From Poseidonia sp. (GTDB lineage Archaea > Thermoplasmatota > Poseidoniia > Poseidoniales > Poseidoniaceae), in assembly GCA_965661285.1 (NCBI GenBank), contig CBFIDD010000002.1:96001-160000 (forward strand): a stretch of 64,000 nt of DNA. Direction: 5' to 3'. The notes under the pieces were generated by a model, which made no database searches, had not been told where the DNA came from, and was given only the letters and a program-made list of their open reading frames with translations. A program made the position numbers and the translations under genes. This document shows positions 1 through 9,177 of the stretch, in pieces (positions within the stretch are counted from its first letter, which is position 1; each line of letters opens with the position of its first letter).

Positions 1-29
1 ACCAAGGCCGATTATAGGTATTGGCATTG

Positions 30-464
30 TCATGGACTGGACCGCTCACACAATTCAACAAGGACACCGCCGGTGGATGCGGGATGAACAAAGGCGATCA
101 TTTTTCCACCAGCTCCTTTTCGAGGGACCTCATCGATAAGCCGCACCCCGTGACTTGACAGGTGAGCCAGCAAACCGGTCAGGTCTCCAACCGAAAAACA
201 GACCTGCTGCACACCAGGGCCTCGCTTGTCCAGAAATTTTCCAATGGGCGTGTCGGGCCCGGTTGGCTCAAGCAATTCCACCTTTGGAACGGGTGCGTGG
301 TCATCCATTTCGGATGTTGAGAAAAAACGGGTGATGACGCCTTGGTCGGCCACTTCTTCATCATCACCCTGCTTCAAACCGATAAGACGCCAAAAGTCGC
401 TGTTGTCGTCCAGATGATTGGCGGCAATGCCGATGTGGTCGATGTATACGGGTCCAAAACTCAT
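30..464 (-). CDS. mce: Methylmalonyl-CoA epimerase (VOC/glyoxalase fold)
   Basis: IDHIGIA, KVELLEP, IGKFLDKRGPG and FVHPASTGGVLVEL motifs; directly downstream of the mutase gene. Confidence 0.9.
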   Translation of the reverse strand: MSFGPVYIDHIGIAANHLDDNSDFWRLIGLKQGDDEEVADQGVITRFFSTSEMDDHAPVPKVELLEPTGPDTPIGKFLDKRGPGVQQVCFSVGDLTGLLAHLSSHGVRLIDEVPRKGAGGKMIAFVHPASTGGVLVELCERSSP

Positions 465-473
465 TATTTCACC

Positions 474-2057
474 TCAAAATCCACTTGGTGCCATGTACGT
501 GCCGAACTCATCTTTCATTGCATTCATGATCTCACCAAGCGTGGCGCGAGAACGAACGGCATTGATGACATGTGGGAAGAGATTTTCACCACTTGCGGCG
601 GCTGACTTGACCGACAGAAGTATCGCCGATACAGCATCATTGTCTCGTGTCGAACGCAACTCGTTGAGCCGTTCTGTCTGTCGCTCACCCAGGGATGCGT
701 CGGTCTTCATGATGGGGATGCCTTCGGTTTCATCCATTTCCCCGTAGTTAACACCGACAATGTTACGCTTCTTGTGCTCAATTTCATTGAGATACTGATA
801 GGCCGAGAGATGAATTTCTTGTTGCTGCCATCCTTGTTCAATGGCGGCGAGTGCGCCGCCTTTTTGTTCAATGGCCTCAATGAGCGCCATGGATTCGTCG
901 TAGATGGACTTCGTCAGGTGCTCGACATGCCAAGAACCCGCCATTGGATCGACCGAATCAGCGACGCCCGACTCCTCCGCAATGATTTGTTGCGTTCGTA
1001 GTGCAACCGTCGCTGATGCTTCTGTTGGCAGGCCGAGGGCTTCGTCGAAGGAATTTGTGTGCAGACTTTGTGTGCCACCGAGCACCGCGGCCAACGCTTG
1101 GATGGTGACTCGGGCAACATTGTTGAGAGGTTGTTGGGCGGTGAGGCTCACACCGGCGACCTGTGTGTGGAAGCGGAGCATGGTGGATTTTGGGTTCTGT
1201 GGGCTATATCGCGACGTCATCAAATCGTGCCAAAGGGTTCTCGCTGCTCTAAATTTGGCTATTTCTTCGAAAAAATCATTATGGCAGTTAAAGAAAAACG
1301 ACAGCCGAGGAGCAAACGTGTCGACTTCGAGTCCTGTTTTAACCGCTGCTTCAACATAAGCCAAGGCGTTAGCAAGGGTGAACGCCAATTCCTGAATTGC
1401 GGTTGAACCGGCTTCCCGTATATGGTAGCCTGAAATGGAGATGGTGTTCCATTTTGGAACATGTTGGGCGCAGTATTCGAAAATATCCGTGATCAGGCGC
1501 ATGCTCTGTTTTGGGGGGAAAACATAGGTGCCCCTCGCAATGTATTCTTTGAGAATGTCGTTTTGAATGGTCCCTTTGAGATCACGCATTGACGCCCCTT
1601 GCTCTTCTGCTGCGACGATGTACATGGCCAAGAGGATCATGGCAGGTGCGTTGATGGTCATGGATGTACTGACAGCGTCCAAAGGAATCCCATCAAACAA
1701 AATTTTCATGTCTTCAACTGAGGAGATGGATACCCCCACCTTGCCGACCTCCCCGTACGACAATTCATCATCGGCATCGAGTCCAAGTTGGGTGGGCAAA
1801 TCAAACGCAACCGAGAGACCCATTTGGCCACGTTCAAGCAGCAACTTGAACCGTTCATTGGTGGCTTCGGCACTGGAGAACCCAGCGTATTGACGCATGG
1901 TCCACAATCGTGAACGGTACATCGTCTCATGGATGCCTCGCGTGTACGGCGGTTGTCCTGCCGGCGAGAGATTTGCACCGTCGGTCTTTCCTGTGTGCGT
2001 GAGAGGTAGCGGCAAACCACTCAGCGTGCGCCAATCCGGTTTGCGCTCTTTGGCCAT
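474..2057 (-). CDS. Methylmalonyl-CoA mutase, substrate-binding (large) subunit
   Basis: WTMRQYAGF, GLSVAFDLPTQ, GTIQNDILKEY, ISISGYHIREAG, SLHTNSFDEAL; no B12-binding domain in this ORF; start trimmed to ATG 2057. Confidence 0.93.
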   Translation of the reverse strand: MAKERKPDWRTLSGLPLPLTHTGKTDGANLSPAGQPPYTRGIHETMYRSRLWTMRQYAGFSSAEATNERFKLLLERGQMGLSVAFDLPTQLGLDADDELSYGEVGKVGVSISSVEDMKILFDGIPLDAVSTSMTINAPAMILLAMYIVAAEEQGASMRDLKGTIQNDILKEYIARGTYVFPPKQSMRLITDIFEYCAQHVPKWNTISISGYHIREAGSTAIQELAFTLANALAYVEAAVKTGLEVDTFAPRLSFFFNCHNDFFEEIAKFRAARTLWHDLMTSRYSPQNPKSTMLRFHTQVAGVSLTAQQPLNNVARVTIQALAAVLGGTQSLHTNSFDEALGLPTEASATVALRTQQIIAEESGVADSVDPMAGSWHVEHLTKSIYDESMALIEAIEQKGGALAAIEQGWQQQEIHLSAYQYLNEIEHKKRNIVGVNYGEMDETEGIPIMKTDASLGERQTERLNELRSTRDNDAVSAILLSVKSAAASGENLFPHVINAVRSRATLGEIMNAMKDEFGTYMAPSGF

Positions 2058-2099
2058 GTCAACGACATGGCAAGCCACTTCATCAAGACTCGCCTTGAG

Positions 2100-2618
2100 T
2101 CAGTGGTGATGTCCGCCTGGACCGTGTGCATGGCCGTGAGCCAACTCTTCTTCCGATGCTTCACGAACATCGACCACTTCAACTGAAAATTTCAGTGTCT
2201 TCCCAGCCATTGGTGGATTGAAATCGGCGGTTACGGTTTCATCGGTGAGCGCGACCACGATGAATTGCGAAGGACCATGAGGCATCTGAGCAACCAAGGG
2301 CATGCCAACCTCTAGCGAAGCCCCTTCCATTGCCTCCAATTGAGCAAAATTTGCCCGAGGAATCTCAAGCACGGCTTCTTCATCTCGTGGTCCGTATGCG
2401 CGGTCGGGTTCAAGGGTGAACTCACGTCGCTCGCCCTTGGTGGCTCCCATCAATTCTTCCTCAAATCCGGGGATCATTTGGCGGTGACCGACCAAGAATG
2501 TGAGGGGGTCTCGTCCTTCGCTGCTGTCAAAGACCTCCCCGTTATCAGGCAATGTTCCCGTGTAGTGGACGCTGGCTACGATATTCTCTGCAATGGTAAG
2601 TTCTGTCATGGTGTTCAT
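2100..2618 (-). CDS. slyD: FKBP-type peptidyl-prolyl isomerase, SlyD family
   Basis: VHYTGTL..GEVFDSS, MIPGFEEEL, DFNPPMAGKTLKF and His-rich tail HGHAHGPGGHHH. Confidence 0.92.
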   Translation of the reverse strand: MNTMTELTIAENIVASVHYTGTLPDNGEVFDSSEGRDPLTFLVGHRQMIPGFEEELMGATKGERREFTLEPDRAYGPRDEEAVLEIPRANFAQLEAMEGASLEVGMPLVAQMPHGPSQFIVVALTDETVTADFNPPMAGKTLKFSVEVVDVREASEEELAHGHAHGPGGHHH

Positions 2619-3472
2619 CTCCTTGTTGTCATTCGTTTGACTAGATTTTTGAGTTCAGACCCAACATCCTCTGGAAGGATGAGTTCTGCCTCTTTTTGTT
2701 CGATGTAGGCAAGGCAATCCTCAATGCCGAGGCGTTCTCCTTTGGCCCAAACCTGGCCCAGCACATTCGAACGGTGTTCCTCGGGCACGTTGGGATTGTC
2801 AAGAATATCCTTTGCTGCGTATTTGTATTCCAAATACTTCTGGCGGTTCAGCTTTTTCTCTTGCTTTTGGCGACCGCCACCCTTCTTGTCCCACCGACGA
2901 CGACTTCGCCGACGATCCTTCTTTGCCTCAATTTTCGTTTCAATGGTAGCGAATACATTTTTTGCCTTCTTCATCGATATTGATGCGGCGCCGTCTGACT
3001 CGACGAAATCGGCGGCGGGCTGAACGTGCTGTGTTTGAGCCTCAGATACAATGGTGTCCGGTTCCTGAACTGCAGAGGTGAGTTCGGGTGCTGCTTCAAT
3101 TCTCGACGCACTCATTTTGGCTGCCTCGGACTTTCGTCGAAGTTCAGCGAGGCGGTCTTCGTGAGATTGTACGAGCGGTTTTTCCTCCTTCACTTTTGGA
3201 GTCTCGACCGGCACGGGTGCGGGGGCGACGGCGGGGGCGGAGACGTCACCTTTTTGCTCAAGTTTTTCCATCGCTTCACGCTGTTTGCGCTCAAATTCAG
3301 CCTTGATGTCTCGTGGCTGAGGTGTGGGTACCTCTGGGGGAGGTGTCGGTCGACGTGGATTTTGCCGCTCTCGGTCTTCACGACGTCGACGATGCTGCTG
3401 TGAAGCATCTTTGGCGAAGGGATTGAACTCTTCTTTTCTGCCTCTGCGTCGATTGATTTCTAAGGCCCCCAA
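2615..3472 (-). CDS. Hypothetical protein: long low-complexity N-terminus, basic patch, small helical C-terminal domain
   Basis: 285-aa ORF with TTG start; its stop overlaps the slyD start (ATGA); fills the gap between kae1 and slyD. Confidence 0.7.
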   Translation of the reverse strand: MGALEINRRRGRKEEFNPFAKDASQQHRRRREDRERQNPRRPTPPPEVPTPQPRDIKAEFERKQREAMEKLEQKGDVSAPAVAPAPVPVETPKVKEEKPLVQSHEDRLAELRRKSEAAKMSASRIEAAPELTSAVQEPDTIVSEAQTQHVQPAADFVESDGAASISMKKAKNVFATIETKIEAKKDRRRSRRRWDKKGGGRQKQEKKLNRQKYLEYKYAAKDILDNPNVPEEHRSNVLGQVWAKGERLGIEDCLAYIEQKEAELILPEDVGSELKNLVKRMTTRR

Positions 3473-3518
3473 ATTGATTCTGCTCGCTACCCTTTAAAAA
3501 CCGTATTCATTGAATTGT

Positions 3519-4526
3519 CTACGACCAGACGATTGGCGTTTGGTCGGTTCTGAGATATTGGTCAATGCCGCTCTGTTCCAATGAGGTGGTTCGCTTCTTC
3601 AATTCGAGCCACCCCAACAGTGCAATCATGGTGCCGTTGTCAATGCAATACATCCGCGGCGGGGCAAACGAAGCACCTTCTCGGTCGCTGGACATTTCTT
3701 CACACATGGTACGAATACGTTGATTGCAAGCAACACCTCCTCCCAGGAGCAACTCAGATTTTCCTGTGTGGGCCATGGCCCTCTCCGCAACTTCTACGCA
3801 GGAAGCAAAGGCGTGTTCCTGAAGTGACCAGCACACAGCGTTCAGGGGTGCACCGTTGTCAATCAATCGCTGCGCTGCGGTGAGCAATCCGGAGAAGGCC
3901 AAGTCCATGCCGCGAACGGCGTAGGGGAGCTGAAGTCCTTCCATATCGGGATTGGGATTCTCTCGCAGATATTCCTGTGCCAACTGTTCAATTTTTGGCC
4001 CGCCGGGAAATGGGATGCCTTGGTTTCGGGCGAATTTATCGAGCATGTTTCCGATGCCGATGTCAAGGGTTTCGCCCAGTACACGGTACCGGCCGTTGAG
4101 TCGGGCGATCACCTGCGTGTTCCCTCCAGAAACATAGAGCAAGACAGGGTCATCACATCCGCATTGTTGCCGGCCAATTTCAATGTGCGCGACGCAGTGG
4201 TTGACGCCGATAAGGGGGACATCTATTCGAGTCGCAAGGCCACGGGCAATGGCAGCGCCAACCCTCAGGCATGGACCGAGTCCGGGGCCTTGGGAGTACG
4301 CCACGGCACCGATATCGTCGATGGAAAGTTTGTGTTGGTCAAGGACCTTGGTAAAGAGGTCTGCCGCCACGTCTTTGTGGTGGTCGGCGGCTTCACGTGG
4401 GTGAATTCCACCTTCATCGGGTCGTAGCGTATCGCTTGCTGCTGGATATGGAATGCCGTCGGCATCAACCAATCCAAACGATAGCGTGTGGGCCGTCGTC
4501 TCGATGCCCAGCGTCCATGCTCCCAT
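3519..4526 (-). CDS. kae1: tRNA N6-threonylcarbamoyladenosine transferase Kae1 (KEOPS), not fused to Bud32
   Basis: LGIETTAHT, GGIHPREAADHH, GPGLGPCL, NHCVAHIEIG, LYVSGGNTQ, IDNGTMIA. Confidence 0.95.
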   Translation of the reverse strand: MGAWTLGIETTAHTLSFGLVDADGIPYPAASDTLRPDEGGIHPREAADHHKDVAADLFTKVLDQHKLSIDDIGAVAYSQGPGLGPCLRVGAAIARGLATRIDVPLIGVNHCVAHIEIGRQQCGCDDPVLLYVSGGNTQVIARLNGRYRVLGETLDIGIGNMLDKFARNQGIPFPGGPKIEQLAQEYLRENPNPDMEGLQLPYAVRGMDLAFSGLLTAAQRLIDNGAPLNAVCWSLQEHAFASCVEVAERAMAHTGKSELLLGGGVACNQRIRTMCEEMSSDREGASFAPPRMYCIDNGTMIALLGWLELKKRTTSLEQSGIDQYLRTDQTPIVWS

Positions 4527-4577
4527 GGCGTTTCCACAAACCTATTGTTCTTCAACCCTCTTCTCAGTCATATGCCC

Positions 4578-5834
4578 ATGAGGAGCGTCTACGTCAATCT
4601 CGGACCGCTGGTTTCGTTTCGCAATACGCGCTCTCTCAAAAATGAATCTCCAGTAGAAGTTGCTGGGAAGGGATTTGTTGTAGTCGATGGTATAATCGAA
4701 TCAATCCAAGATTCAGCGTCCTTGATTGAGGAATATTCGATTTCTGGAGACGTCTCACCGAGCAATGGCGAAACCACATTTGTTGACCTTCAACACCAAG
4801 CCGTAGTTCCAGGACTCATTGATACACATACGCATCTCCTATGGGCAGGCGATCGCTCTCGAGAAATATCTTGGCGTCGCGAAGGGAAAACATATGCAGA
4901 GATTGCAAAATTGGGCGGTGGCATTCAGTATACGGTCAAACATACGAGGAACGCCTCGGCCGAACAGTTGCACCTTCTTGGTTGCAAGCGCTTGCGGGAG
5001 GCACTCTCTACGGGAACAACGCATCTTGAAGCCAAAAGCGGATACGGACTGAACGTCGAATCGGAGTTGCGACTTCTTGAGGTTGCTGACCGTCTGAACA
5101 ACATCGAACACACGCCGACCATTGATAGCACTTGGATGGGTGCTCATGACATCCCTAAGGGTGTACATCCCGAGGCGTATGTTGAGGAACTTATTTGCGA
5201 ACAACTACCGGCGGTTCGAGAGCAGGCGATCGCTCGTTCCGCTGATGTCTTCTGTGAACCTGGCTGGTTTTCCATTGAGCAGAGCGAACGAATTCTGTGT
5301 GCCTCTTCGGAGGCAGGGTTGGCGTTGCGCATGCATGTCGACGAGTTCGCGAATGGTGGGGGTGGAGCGTTAGCTGCCGACCTTGGTGTTGAGACCGCCG
5401 ACCATGCTTACCACACACCGCATGAGGTTCGTCTTCGAATGAAGGGCGCAGGCGTGAACACAGGCTTTCTGCCCGGCACACCGTATGCCATGGGCGATGC
5501 ATGGCCAAACATGGATGAAATTGTGGATGCCGACATCCCGTTCACCCTTGCAACAGATTTCAACCCCAACTGCCGAACACTCAGTCTTCCGTTCATGTGC
5601 TCGCTCATGGTGCAACGGTGCGGCATGCATCCGCTGCATGCTCTTGCCGCCGTCACTGTTCATGCTGCTGAGACCACGCCCCACCCTCTGGGAGTTCCAC
5701 ACGGCGTGCTTTGCGAAGGTGCCGCTGCAAATTTCAACGTCGTTGATGGCCCCCACTGGGAGTCGATGGTGCTCCGGCCTTCGTCCTCACCGTTTTCTTC
5801 GACCGTGCTCAACGGACATTTCATCGCTCATTGA
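4578..5834 (+). CDS. hutI: Imidazolonepropionase
   Basis: PGLIDTHTHL, EAKSGYGL, DVFCE, MHVDE, ATDFNP motifs; start uncertain (ATG 4572 or 4578). Confidence 0.88.
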   Translation: MRSVYVNLGPLVSFRNTRSLKNESPVEVAGKGFVVVDGIIESIQDSASLIEEYSISGDVSPSNGETTFVDLQHQAVVPGLIDTHTHLLWAGDRSREISWRREGKTYAEIAKLGGGIQYTVKHTRNASAEQLHLLGCKRLREALSTGTTHLEAKSGYGLNVESELRLLEVADRLNNIEHTPTIDSTWMGAHDIPKGVHPEAYVEELICEQLPAVREQAIARSADVFCEPGWFSIEQSERILCASSEAGLALRMHVDEFANGGGGALAADLGVETADHAYHTPHEVRLRMKGAGVNTGFLPGTPYAMGDAWPNMDEIVDADIPFTLATDFNPNCRTLSLPFMCSLMVQRCGMHPLHALAAVTVHAAETTPHPLGVPHGVLCEGAAANFNVVDGPHWESMVLRPSSSPFSSTVLNGHFIAH

Positions 5835-5903
5835 AATATTGAATTGACTGCATTAAATGCTGATTAAACTAAATCTTATTCAGGTGGCATCTAAGGTGAT
5901 TTC

Positions 5904-6236
5904 ATGGCATGGGTAGAAACGATCGTGTGTTCCGGAAAAAAGAACGTGAATGCGAGGGTTCGCCGAATGCTCAAAGCACGCCAGGAATACAAACGACGCC
6001 AACCGGGCTGCATTGGTGCATGGCTTGGTCTGGCAGCCGAAGACCCTTCGATGATGCTGGTTCAGTCCGCCTATGCATCCAAGGAAGATTGGCAACGAAT
6101 TTCGTCAGAGATTCAATCCACGCTTGACCGCGATGATGGCGGGATTGAGGGGCTTTTGCTCGGTCCTCCTCTGGTCGGTGTCTTTGAAATTCCCGATGAT
6201 GAACTCCAACATCTCACGTTTGGAGACTCTGATTGA
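5904..6236 (+). CDS. Small protein, possibly ABM (dimeric alpha/beta barrel) family
   Basis: 110 aa with RRQPGCIG...MLVQSAYASKEDW pattern resembling ABM domains; GGTGA ribosome-binding site upstream. Confidence 0.55.
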   Translation: MAWVETIVCSGKKNVNARVRRMLKARQEYKRRQPGCIGAWLGLAAEDPSMMLVQSAYASKEDWQRISSEIQSTLDRDDGGIEGLLLGPPLVGVFEIPDDELQHLTFGDSD

Positions 6237-6254
6237 TTTCTCGTGCTACGTAGC

Positions 6255-6278
6255 GTCGCATAATGTGAGTTATGCGAC
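6255..6278. repeat. Perfect 9-bp inverted repeat (hairpin or operator)
   Basis: GTCGCATAA (6255-6263), 6-nt spacer, TTATGCGAC (6270-6278); immediately preceded by the palindrome GCTACGTAGC (6245-6254). Confidence 0.7.
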
Positions 6279-6488
6279 ATTGGATTGGAATGCCGAGGGG
6301 GTCGGGGAATTTGGGGTATGAAAATTGTCTTGCAGTGAAGCGTTTTCATCACAGAAGTTTTCCATGAAACCCAATAAATCCAGAATATCGGCCTTTGACC
6401 CCCCACTTGAAGCGTGAAAACGACGGATTTTCGCGAATAGCCATGGAAAGGATTCAATATCCCCCTAGGCTCGCCAAGGATGAGTATC

Positions 6489-6641
6489 ATGTCAGCTGTC
6501 GAGGGCTACTGTATGAAGTGCAAAACCTACGGCCCGATAAGGGATGGAAAAAAGATTGTCATGTCAAACGGACGCACGCGTATGGCAGGCTTCTGTTCCC
6601 AGCCAGGTTGTATTGGCAAGATCTCAAAGATCATCGGTTGA
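6489..6641 (+). CDS. 50-aa zinc-ribbon microprotein, DUF5679-like (not in the ORF track)
   Basis: Hand translation MSAVEGYCMKCKTYGPIRDGKKIVMSNGRTRMAGFCSQPGCIGKISKIIG*; YCxKC...MxNGR...GxC pattern; alternative ATG at 6480. Confidence 0.75.
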   Translation: MSAVEGYCMKCKTYGPIRDGKKIVMSNGRTRMAGFCSQPGCIGKISKIIG

Positions 6642-6702
6642 TTGTTGGACGAGAACTCACCGAATTGGTTTAATAGAAATGGCCGGTGGGTCAGTCTACC
6701 TA

Positions 6703-6779
6703 GGGCTCGTGGTCTAGGGGTTTATGACGTTGCCTTGACATGGCAAAGATCGAGAGTTCGATTCTCTCCGAGCCCACCA
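6703..6779 (+). tRNA. tRNA-Val(GAC), CCA encoded, no intron
   Basis: Acceptor GGGCTCG/CGAGCCC, anticodon arm TTGCC-TTGACAT-GGCAA, T-arm GAGAG-TTCGATT-CTCTC, 3' ACCA. Confidence 0.96.
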
Positions 6780-6862
6780 ATCCATTTCATGGACACTAGT
6801 GAATAGCGTTCAATTATTTCTCAAAAAAGAAATAGTGTTAATTCCCTTGAAATGAGAATTGC

Positions 6863-7231
6863 TTAATTTTCATCATCTTCCAAGATTTCGGGTTCAGGCA
6901 ATTCAAGTGTGGTCACGGGAGGTTCATCCTCCTCGTCAAAACTGAAATCCGTGGATCCGCCATCCCAGGTCCGAACGTCCTCGGATTCGTCAAATTTCTC
7001 ATCGGGAATGGTCGCGTTCGGGCCAACTGAGTATATCCTGGGATCAATGGATTGCGTGGTGATGGTTTCCTGGATTTCCGCAGGCGTTGGCGCCTCTCGT
7101 TCTTCCATGATGCCGCCGGCGTGAAACGTTCCACACTCCGAGCACCTGTACATCCCCTTCCTGTCAAAACAGCCACATACGGGGCAAACGGCATAGCCGA
7201 ACAACTGTTCGAGAGGATCCTTCGTTGTCAT
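6863..7231 (-). CDS. Acidic hypothetical protein with an N-terminal Zn ribbon
   Basis: CPVCG...CSECGTFH followed by an acidic tail; starts next to the stop of the EF-hand gene (alternative TTG 7243). Confidence 0.7.
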   Translation of the reverse strand: MTTKDPLEQLFGYAVCPVCGCFDRKGMYRCSECGTFHAGGIMEEREAPTPAEIQETITTQSIDPRIYSVGPNATIPDEKFDESEDVRTWDGGSTDFSFDEEDEPPVTTLELPEPEILEDDEN

Positions 7232-7235
7232 GGAC

Positions 7236-9062
7236 TCACTCAACGAACATGTCCTCTTGATATCCGGTGACCAAGTCGCCAGTGCCGTCTTCCTCGATGG
7301 TCACCGTGCCTTCGTCATCATCAAATTCAACAATCGTCCCAAAGACTTCCTCGTCATCAAACACAATGCCAATGTGCGAACCGATGTCGATTTCGTCATC
7401 ATCGTCTTGTTCGTCTTCCTCGTCTTCGTCCCCGTAGTCCTCTTCGCTGTCTTCGTCATCGTACATGTCATCGTCATCAGCAGCCTCTTCCGTTGATCCG
7501 TCCTCATCGTCGTCAACGGATTCCTCATCATCTTCGGCATCATCCTTGGTGTGAGCAGAGCCCGCTGCTTCAGATTTGTCTTCTTCAAATTCTTTCATGG
7601 CCTTAGCCCTTGCCCTCCACCCCGGTGCTTTCACCAAGTGCAGGAACAAGGTCGTCCCTAAACCTATGACGGATATGAGAATGAAGAGGATGCCATCCCA
7701 GTAGAATCCAGTTGGCATGGACAAAGAACCATTGTCGCCCGAAAGTGGTGTCAGTGAGTTCTGGCAACCATCTTTCTGGAACTTTTCATCACAAGGATAG
7801 ATGTCACCTTCTGCGATGTTGCCGCTGGGAATGAGGCCGGAATCGTTTGGTTCATAGGCAATGTTTCCGCCAGAACCGTCCACAAACCCGAACATTCCGT
7901 TGGCGATGAAAATGACCATGAGGATGCCGAAGCCAACATGAAGAATTGGCCAAACTGAATCGTTCCATGTCTTCGACATCATTCGCTTTTGCCAAGGGGA
8001 CGGGAAGACCTTTTCCTCAACCAATTCCTCGATGGTTTCGTAATCCTCCATGGATGCGATGAATTCGGTGACATCAATCATGTCATCGCCATCGACGTCA
8101 ATGCTTCGCATGATCGCATCAACCTCGTCTCCATCAAGCGTTTCTCCGTATTTCTCTGCGAGCTCATTTCGTAGTTCTGCCAAGGAAATCATGCCGTTTC
8201 CATCAGCATCAAGTTCGTTGAAAAGCCGCTGAGCTGATATGTCGTGGTCGTCCATGAGGTTCGCAAGGGCCGAAAGTGGGTGGTACGCGTTTGGAGCATC
8301 AACTTCATTGGAGGTTTCTTCTGTCGATTCTTCATCCGCGAGGTCGATTTCCTCATCTTCATCAATTTCAAACGTTTCGCCCTCAATGTCATGTTCATCT
8401 TCGTCGGATACATCGTCAACATGCTCGTGAACTTCTGCATCCTCGTGAACGTCAGCATCGCTCAGGTCTCCCAAAACCACGCTTTCAGACGCTGCTTCTT
8501 CCTCATCAGGGGCGTCCACGGATTCTTCTTCTGCTTCTGGTTCTTCGGTATCCACCGATGCCGTTTCATCGCCCTCGTTCTCTGAATCATCGGCTGCAGG
8601 AGGTACATCATCACCCATCAAAATCTGGTCAAATTCGTCAAGGTCGATCAAGCCGTTTCCGTCAGCGTCAATCTCGGAGACCAGACGGTCGACTTGTGAT
8701 GGCGGCAAATCGGCAAGATTGAGGCTAAGAAGGCCGGCTCGCAATTCATCAGAATCAATGGTGCCGTCACTGTTATCGTCAAATTTATCGAACAGTTTCC
8801 GGATGTTTATGCCCGTTTCAGCAACCCATTTACGGAGGATATCAACAACATCGTCTGCGACGAAGAGAACGCCACACTCGGGGCATTGCGTCGAGTCCAA
8901 CGGAACCAATGAATTGCATGCGCCACACTCTCCGAGAGCTTCATCTGAAAGGCCTGAAAAATTGGTGCCACATTCTGGACATTCGGTTGAATCGATTGGG
9001 ATGACCGCTCGACATGCACCACATTCAGCCATGGAGGCTGCATCGTTTTCTTCGTCCGCCAT
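7236..9062 (-). CDS. Membrane protein with double zinc ribbon and four EF-hands
   Basis: Four CxxC pairs; EF loops DDNSDGTIDSDE, DADGNGLIDLDE, DADGNGMISLAE, DVDGDDMIDVTE; two hydrophobic segments; Asp/Glu-rich linkers. Confidence 0.85.
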   Translation of the reverse strand: MADEENDAASMAECGACRAVIPIDSTECPECGTNFSGLSDEALGECGACNSLVPLDSTQCPECGVLFVADDVVDILRKWVAETGINIRKLFDKFDDNSDGTIDSDELRAGLLSLNLADLPPSQVDRLVSEIDADGNGLIDLDEFDQILMGDDVPPAADDSENEGDETASVDTEEPEAEEESVDAPDEEEAASESVVLGDLSDADVHEDAEVHEHVDDVSDEDEHDIEGETFEIDEDEEIDLADEESTEETSNEVDAPNAYHPLSALANLMDDHDISAQRLFNELDADGNGMISLAELRNELAEKYGETLDGDEVDAIMRSIDVDGDDMIDVTEFIASMEDYETIEELVEEKVFPSPWQKRMMSKTWNDSVWPILHVGFGILMVIFIANGMFGFVDGSGGNIAYEPNDSGLIPSGNIAEGDIYPCDEKFQKDGCQNSLTPLSGDNGSLSMPTGFYWDGILFILISVIGLGTTLFLHLVKAPGWRARAKAMKEFEEDKSEAAGSAHTKDDAEDDEESVDDDEDGSTEEAADDDDMYDDEDSEEDYGDEDEEDEQDDDDEIDIGSHIGIVFDDEEVFGTIVEFDDDEGTVTIEEDGTGDLVTGYQEDMFVE

Positions 9063-9177
9063 CTTTCCACCCATTCTCACCACGGGAAGTGGCAATATAA
9101 TAATTGATGGAGATTATCAAGGCCGAGCAGTAATTCCTTAGGACCCCTCATCCTCGTCAAGAACCGGGAGGCGTTGA

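Noticed and set aside
6395-6673. 92-aa ORF listed in the track
   Set aside because: No motifs; the overlapping 50-aa frame has a coherent Zn-ribbon pattern and is preferred
6703-6862. tRNA-Val as an integration site for an island
   Set aside because: I saw no integrase and no duplicated tRNA 3' end in the window; only a short AT-rich spacer follows
7380-7560. TCGTC/TCATC-rich tandem-like DNA
   Set aside because: It encodes the Asp/Glu-rich tract of the EF-hand protein; not a CRISPR array or satellite
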